From: Phoronis australis
Taxonomy: Eukaryota; Animalia; Phoronida
DNA: 64,000 nucleotides
Assembly: GCA_002633005.1 (NCBI GenBank)
Contig: NMRA01000057.1
Location: forward strand, 659,296-723,295
Direction: 5' to 3'
This document shows positions 62,101-64,000 of the stretch, in pieces. How positions within the stretch are numbered: position 1 is the stretch's first letter; every line of letters begins with the position of its first letter. The notes beneath the pieces are model-generated. The model saw nothing but the letters and a program-made list of their open reading frames with translations, did not search any database and had not been told where the DNA came from. Made by a program: the position numbers and the translations under genes.

Positions 62101-63048
62101 CTGTACACGTACGGTTGCTGGTTGGTTTTGCCTTTCTTTCGATCTCTTCTCTATTAACGACAAAGCAACCCGCGTAAAATGTTTGGCATCGTAGTCGTAG
62201 ATGCTAGAATTCACGGAATTTTGTTTATTTAACATTTCTTCTTTAAGAAAAAGTGGTTTACGGCTGTGAACATGTTTTCTTTTGGAACTTCTTTGCTGCC
62301 TAAAAATTGCCTCTTGATTTTGATACTGAGCTATGACGTCATTCAAAATGAAATGCATACCACCTAGTCTGCTTGGGTATTGACTGAAGCTGTCAAAAAC
62401 CTTGTTCAGTAGATTGATGTTTTTGAAGTTATCTACGATGACGTCTTCATTTTCCACGTAGACCCTTGCTTCTGATGTGTCAGCGTCGTATGACACATCT
62501 TCCGTCGTAACCCTGCGACCCATTCTTTCAGCCTCAAATTCTCCTATCACGTGAATAAGTCCGACGAGATCGTCTTCATCAACCAGGCTGAGAAGCTGCT
62601 GTAGCTGGTCTGCCAAGGCTGTGCGGCAGTCCATTACATAAAGGGCTATAGAAATACATGTTGTAAAGAACGGGTAGAGAACAACGTGTTCTTTCCAGAA
62701 TCTAAGAGTTTGGTCTGACGTTAGTGAGTCACATGACGTCACCAACGATGTCAGGTTTTTGAACAAAGACCCATTAACGTCTAATTTCTCCACTGTCTGC
62801 CCGATTACCTCAACTATTCTTTCAATTAGGACTTTGGTGTCGTTTTGTAGTCGTTGAGGACTTTCGTTTGGTTGATCATTTCCGCTTGTAAAATTCTTTT
62901 CCGGCTGCCAATTTTGCTCAATTGGCGTGCTGCTAGGTTGTCTACGTCTTAGTGTGTCTACATTCATCAAATGGACAGCATTAAATTGTTGAAGAAGCAA
63001 CAATGTTGACCAAAGAACTGCAAAACGCCTGATGATAATCGAATGCAT
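56143..63048 (-). CDS. secreted multi-ricin-B-lectin protein with C-terminal AID/APOBEC-like (SNAD-like) zinc deaminase; putative AB-type toxin, 2301 aa
   Basis: Uninterrupted 6906-nt frame. Likely start is ATG 63048 (AAAATG context), just after a splice acceptor (tttttgtttcag ending 63062); the track's 63087 start is a TTG inside that acceptor. Features: signal peptide, RMRR at 62086-62097, about 11 repeats with xFI..PC.LLT and QLW.W..G.L.N motifs, hydrophobic helices, CRIRRGSGGKKLC at 56893-56931, HTE at 56638-56646, SPC at 56542-56550, second Cys at 56509-56511. Confidence 0.9.
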   Translation of the reverse strand: MHSIIIRRFAVLWSTLLLLQQFNAVHLMNVDTLRRRQPSSTPIEQNWQPEKNFTSGNDQPNESPQRLQNDTKVLIERIVEVIGQTVEKLDVNGSLFKNLTSLVTSCDSLTSDQTLRFWKEHVVLYPFFTTCISIALYVMDCRTALADQLQQLLSLVDEDDLVGLIHVIGEFEAERMGRRVTTEDVSYDADTSEARVYVENEDVIVDNFKNINLLNKVFDSFSQYPSRLGGMHFILNDVIAQYQNQEAIFRQQRSSKRKHVHSRKPLFLKEEMLNKQNSVNSSIYDYDAKHFTRVALSLIEKRSKERQNQPATVRVQHRMRRDLSLSDQSRDIFFIKNSEFPCKLLTSIKRSGKNFMSMETYGESKLIYQLWSWKNGSLRNFGNGLYVSVSRLSANAMSDNPGGVNLFKRNTTIVIQDKIQGNCYVEVTKRRLGVRLQPNCKRSSQSWNFVSFATAVEEFETVACMFVIQLHNKCLVLQQTGRQNVTLGPFTETVVHEQLWYWDNTFLRNAKSHMYLVATDRKVFVSSTVSKDWTYEEQKLQAHTLGRTVNLKALPNNAVATTPTSNYNVSWDFVDVKKATPKCGNGNYFALKSSNRSCTVLCVTEIDGAPYIALPIAAGILALTSVAVGSLLLTGIYLHRQGKGNWAKAMLLTAAVIGTASSTPVITFTVLKDHAAVLVEKSFDSEHPLSCLWYSEGGKMFNANYSDKFVVKKGGQQHQFNFVDGLIQTYNEGMPCFLQSSEESTVRLSCKREELPSRWISSSYYNNNFVEFAHCLYILPQRQPACGDIMRANDKSMLPSSHHARNVVSKYLWHYQQDKLVNVITNEVLNNTVENFTTIDFNDYVQKCTRSMSLFFLRSRNVDCKVLGYDSNRDEAVLQDFDDENLPHQLWYLESSQLVNYGSGQRIADIMLFPRKFSGSTGVQNEDWIIEKQTVFLKIGNQTFSLLPDPSNVSLKQMLASGEQAIEKQWEVIPFDRDGAYLRRALCYYFIQTQDPPCEVLTADSSSHAVAMAPFSNRQAHEQLWLIYKGEIVNLYTGLWLALDTPDHSDEVVLRSKGNKLSSVAWRLDGNTIKPAGQNEKVLSILSDGRIVVSQETSPIRLQKWNYLEYGWALDNPSSLSCPMNNGEHFTFIKYSGDPCMLLTASEDGLNIAFQSFDESIVKRQLWYFKYGHLINVEQALSVEVNSETNSVFLAETQKYKTQQFVAMSDGELVHAVHDKVNCVLHSQQVDGALILTCNQESSTGQWLLVNADEGLGDIGSIVCMYVIQSHTSPCEVLTGFTNNDGYGTMKVRPLVDDLFVSQVFFWKNHGLVHLNSGLQVSFSDDVVTLRKNPSLNATMFYQQSTQRIVMQSRYSGALGFDPNNDGRAVVRRDGSMENTRWVFVNLKRNFSDFLSCSELISPEKYFLLQHSERPCVVLTGTDKGTSPVFKRLDNTNINNQLWFIRRNHIVNAGSGLVLMVSEHLPDSHFEVTMWNEHAFSFRQRWSATTSGSFSIQSFFDRSCFLSSTEIGQNIVASAGCNTKQPGRWEFIDIKSASLEDVFCPFFIQSSVEPCELLTAVDSEMEVRLRPLNTSNLHSQLWYWNGDRITNARTAHSLSVSYDTIVLLPESPDKWSYENAKITLKGYPSSGITFSHDHGGVFMSVLSRYSQSYQSWVFVSVKDGLDNPNRLHCISSQTIDRYIIRSEYESCDLLTTKSRQVKVVNSKIKIEPGMLWLIRNDHLINIAERKSLSVTSNLALTLEPTYSHEPRQHWEMMLNGKIKHWLYGSKFLEASGGKVRVADRQNSKAQKWTWFTESAYYKDDKLMRCTRCYDKGEETASQVIGAIPIISWLYNLFRAVAYSAKDCPEVTKEALQNFAIDLAMDVVTLLSGGTAAALAHGIKTGMKYGVKVGLKAVLKVGKAMIKKSIGSVKYGFKNLARNGLKHTFQLKIKSSISAMKLHLKSSLTGIKAILKSSVRSVKTHGKRLGRLVLKSSPGKWSYNLKRLLKNLPRRLLAKTKSIGEQFKFQLKSKFDDLARRGEDAVKGIKHRKIPNKKILCRIRRGSGGKKLCNTDSQESSDALEDFNAYLRKPEDGKIFDENSDFDELLKNVGYNNQYSVIGIKRNGKFEHKDKISISDIPENKDKSKGKENMKHTERHLVEKIKPDKFTSCSNESPCKLFIFTKNSPCTRHAASDAMSCIEYLAKECKEWKTSYHVTCIVGFDQIYSKKDYLSDGLWHSFFSKLFKGQNTEKALEKLSKKFPKTSVEKVAEVAKKMESTFENEQEFRKAVNRVVVEKMSLKRMRDASVENNIEFFWRRKG

Positions 63049-64000
63049 TTTACTGCAGTCACTGAAACAAAAACACATAAACTTCAAAATTGTACTTTAG
63101 GTGATATGTGAGGATAAAAGCAGGCGAAGCGACAGCGTACGCTGTTTTCTTCTTCTTCTATTTGATATATCTCAAATTGCTCCGTATTTTCCTACTTAAA
63201 AGAGAAGTAATTGAAATGCGTCGTCCAGCCATTCACTGTGTTAGTGAAAATGTTCTGCTGGGACATCGTAACAGGTGTTAGTCTTCATGAATGACACCAG
63301 GACATTTCCACTCTATTGTGAGATCGGTAAAAAGGGGTCCTTCACTTCATGAAGATTGGGTTTGTTTCCCTGCGACTGATTTCAGGCATTCTTTTTTTAG
63401 AATACTTGATCAATCCCGTCAAAACAATTGACTTTCTGGAACTGTTTTTAAATGTAAATGACTTGAATAACCTGAGTAGTATAGCAAGTGTATGAAGACG
63501 GGATGTTTTTCATTATAACACAGAAATGTTTGGCATTTTTGGAGTTACTGAGTAGCCCGATTCATAATTTGGGTTTAAATATATCAGTAAGGAGAAGATA
63601 TCGCTTTATGTCAGCTCAGTTCTTCATGCTAACACAGTTACCAAGACAACATTTTGCAATATTCAAATGGCATTATAAAAGGCCAAAAACGATACCAATA
63701 AACAAGTGAATACAATTCTAACTAATGTGAACGATAAAATTAATGATAAACTCAGCAAAAGAAAAGCAAAAGTTTCTTTGCTTATGTACACGTTTATTCA
63801 CCAAATAAGACATACTTATTCATTTTTCCAAGAATGAAATTTGAACGCTAAACTTTATTGTACAGCTCTCGAATTCCTACACGTAAATTGAGTTCCGTAG
63901 ACTCAAAAATTGTACAAGCACCGTTTGCAATGCATGGCGATATTTCGCGAAGTCTTGCGTGTTCGCGAGTTTCTTGCGTCTACGCAGCAAAGCATTCAGT

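Noticed and set aside
63049-63087. ORF-track N-terminus MKFMCFCFSDCSK of the 2314-aa ORF
   Set aside because: Starts at a TTG within a polypyrimidine tract/acceptor; ATG 63048 has better context and directly begins a signal peptide.

Overview
AT-rich, intron-rich animal genomic DNA, probably a marine invertebrate (mollusc/lophotrochozoan-like repeat landscape; the taxon cannot be fixed from sequence). It is not prokaryotic, so most short ORF-track entries are noise. Three genes are supported. (1) A + strand CSPP1 (centrosome and spindle pole associated protein 1) orthologue; its 5' end lies upstream of the window. I traced about 37 phase-consistent GT-AG exons from 1217 to the stop at 51332, including a 15-nt microexon, a candidate mutually exclusive exon pair and a large acidic alternative exon. 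(2) A two-exon secreted QPD/WND C-type lectin (- strand, 27548-29356) nested antisense in a CSPP1 intron. (3) The highlight: a 6.9-kb single-exon CDS (- strand, 56143-63048, 2301 aa) built like an AB toxin. It runs signal peptide, propeptide ending in a furin site (RMRR), about 11 ricin-B-like beta-trefoil repeats, hydrophobic/cationic putative translocation helices, a Cys-bracketed furin loop (CRIRRGSGGKKLC, diphtheria-toxin-like), then a C-terminal AID/APOBEC-like zinc deaminase (HTE...NSPC-x10-C). The window also holds a DINE-1/pearl-like non-autonomous Helentron with about 150/450-bp repeats rich in CTCF-like motifs, several MITE families, and a 2-kb duplication split by a single N (probably an uncollapsed haplotype).
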